Shown here: positions 30,510-32,000 of the stretch, piece after piece
Numbering within the stretch: position 1 is the stretch's first letter
How the letters are laid out: each line of letters begins with the position of its first letter
NCBI GenBank assembly: GCA_000091165.1
Contig: FP565575.1
Coordinates: 1,890,001-1,922,000, forward strand
Direction of reading: 5' to 3'
Source of the DNA: Candidatus Methylomirabilis oxygeniifera
GTDB lineage: Bacteria; Methylomirabilota; Methylomirabilia; Methylomirabilales; Methylomirabilaceae
DNA length: 32,000 bases
Position numbers and translations under genes: made by a program
Notes under the pieces: generated by a model
The model's input: only the letters and a program-made list of their open reading frames with translations
The model's database searches: none
Told to the model about the DNA's origin: nothing

Positions 30510-31349
30510 TTAATCCCGCACCGGGACGCCACGGCCACGCAGGTACGCCTTCGCATCCTGGATTGCGTATTCACGGAAATGAAAGATTGAGGCAGCCAGC
30601 GCAGCGTCAGCCCTCCCTTTCACCAATGCCTCATACAGATGATCCAGCGTACCAGCGCCTCCCGAAGCGATGACCGGGATCGTCACGGCATCTGCTACTG
30701 CGCGAGTGAGGGCCAGATCGTAGCCATCCTTCGTCCCATCTCTGTCCATGCTGGTCAGCAGGATCTCCCCGGCCCCGAGCGCCTCCCCTTGCTTCGCCCA
30801 CCCGACAGCATCAAGTCCGGTCGGGGTCCGTCCACCATGAGTGTAGACCTGCCAGCGCGGAGCGCCGGATGGGGTGTGGGGTGTGGGGTGTGGGGTGTGG
30901 GGACCTGCTACCTCAACACTCGACACTTGACACTTGACACTATCACTGACCCGTTTCGCATCGATGGCGAGGACAATGCACTGGCTTCCGAACCGCATGG
31001 CGGCCTCAGTAAGCAGTTCCGGGCGCTCGACGGCCGCCGTGTTCAGCGAGACCTTGTCGGCGCCTGCGAGCAGCAGCGTTCGAATATCCTCTACCACCCG
31101 GACTCCACCACCAACGGTGAGGGGGGTAAAGGTCATCTCGGCCGTTCGACGGACCACATCAAGTAAGATGTCCCGCCGCTCATAGGAGGCGGTGATGTCG
31201 AGAAAGACCAGCTCGTCAGCTCCCTGTTGGTCATACAGCGCCGCCACCTCGGCCGGATCGCCCGCGTCGCGGAGATCTACAAACCGCGTCCCTTTCACGA
31301 CACGCCCGTCTTTCACATCCAGACATGGGATGATCCGCTTTGCCAGCAT
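30510..31349 (-). CDS. hisF: imidazole glycerol phosphate synthase cyclase subunit HisF, with a ~25-aa low-complexity insertion
   Basis: [21 protein letters not shown]...RDAGDP...A..Y...[12 protein letters not shown] ... GADKVS.NTAAV ... [17 protein letters not shown]. At 279 aa it is longer than the ~255 aa I recall as typical. The extra segment is [30 protein letters not shown]. Confidence 0.9.
   Translation of the reverse strand: MLAKRIIPCLDVKDGRVVKGTRFVDLRDAGDPAEVAALYDQQGADELVFLDITASYERRDILLDVVRRTAEMTFTPLTVGGGVRVVEDIRTLLLAGADKVSLNTAAVERPELLTEAAMRFGSQCIVLAIDAKRVSDSVKCQVSSVEVAGPHTPHPTPHTPSGAPRWQVYTHGGRTPTGLDAVGWAKQGEALGAGEILLTSMDRDGTKDGYDLALTRAVADAVTIPVIASGGAGTLDHLYEALVKGRADAALAASIFHFREYAIQDAKAYLRGRGVPVRD
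30871..30950. repeat. two adjacent heptanucleotide tandem arrays inside hisF
   Basis: (GGGGTGT)4GGGG at 30871-30902 on the + strand. Degenerate (CACTTGA)n at 30917-30950: cactcga cacttga cacttga cactatc actgac. Confidence 0.9.
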
Positions 31350-31352
31350 GAT

Positions 31353-32000
31353 TTATTTTGCCGCCGCAATCGCTTCGTTCAGTGAGAATCTACCCTCGTA
31401 CAGGGCCTTCCCGACCAGGGCACCAATGACGATAGTGGGTTCAAGCGTCGCGACTCGCCTGAGATCGTCGAGTGTGGCAATCCCTCCGGACGCGATGATC
31501 GGGTGGCGGGCCGCCTGAGCCATTTGTTGCAACGCGCCCAGATTCGGTCCCGTGAGCATCCCGTCTCGCTCGATATCGGTATAGATAATCGCTGCCAGCG
31601 GAAGATCGGCCGCTCGTATCGCCAGATCGGCCGCGAGCAGCTCGGTGGCCTCCACCCAACCCCGTACCGCAACCTTCCCGTTTTTCGCATCGATTCCGAG
31701 CAGTACGCGACCGGGATAGCGATGGGCAGCCTCCCTCAAGAATCCCTCATCCTGGATGGCAGCCGTCCCAATGACGGCTCGCTCGATGCCGGAGGCAAAC
31801 GCCTGCTCCAAGGCAGCTAGATTCCGTAATCCGCCACCAAGCTGCACAGGAATCTTGATCGATCGGGCCACTTGGGCAACAACGGAAAGCTGCTGCGGCG
31901 TTCCGGCAAAGGCGCCGTCAAGATCGACCACGTGCAGAATCGGCGCCCCTTCATCCTCCCACCTCTTGGCCATAGCGACCGGGTCGGCGGAATAGGCGGT
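31353..32000 (-). CDS. hisA: HisA (ProFAR isomerase), 5' end beyond the window
   Basis: The frame stays open to position 32000 (…[32 protein letters not shown] ... GGGLR ... IIASGGI). The track's M at 31973 is internal. The stop codon lies 3 nt before the hisF ATG. Confidence 0.9.
   Translation of the reverse strand, partial: TAYSADPVAMAKRWEDEGAPILHVVDLDGAFAGTPQQLSVVAQVARSIKIPVQLGGGLRNLAALEQAFASGIERAVIGTAAIQDEGFLREAAHRYPGRVLLGIDAKNGKVAVRGWVEATELLAADLAIRAADLPLAAIIYTDIERDGMLTGPNLGALQQMAQAARHPIIASGGIATLDDLRRVATLEPTIVIGALVGKALYEGRFSLNEAIAAAK

Overview
GC-rich bacterial chromosomal window with a mosaic layout. All family calls come from reading motifs in the supplied translations and the DNA; no database search was possible. 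(1) 1-5.1 kb is an accessory stretch of small genes, all on the + strand. It holds a killer/antidote (HigB/HigA-like) TA pair, an interrupted small-gene pair, an orphan membrane-anchored protein, restriction-modification gene remnants and an MntA/HepT TA pair. It is punctuated by elements with integron attC-like ends (GCCTAAC ... GTTATAY) that abut ORF stop codons. (2) 5.2-24.7 kb looks like core genome: EthD, an HI0933-type flavoprotein, two tandem ABC-F ATPases (uup, ybiT-like), a TrxR-like plus ELM1-like pair, a cupin, tRNA-Met, an operon of a Ski2-like DExH helicase and an HD phosphohydrolase, an mlaE-mlaF-mlaD-(TolC-like OMP)-mlaC operon, and a DUF3047 protein. (3) 24.9-29.3 kb is a TA-dense islet abutting the 3' end of tRNA-Sec (selC). 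It contains degenerate direct copies of the tRNA 3' end, an integrase N-terminal remnant, two hicBA loci (one hicA cut by an opal codon), a 213-bp near-identical hicA duplicate fused to a new N-terminus, a phd-relE-brnA-like trio and a CGNR-like zinc-finger protein. (4) 29.4-32 kb holds a HIT protein, hisIE, hisF and hisA (5' end outside the window). hisF carries an in-frame insertion built from two adjacent heptanucleotide tandem arrays, one of which is (GGGGTGT)4GGGG. A family of C-tract/G-tract hairpin repeats occupies intergenic DNA at five loci. No rRNA genes or CRISPR arrays were seen.
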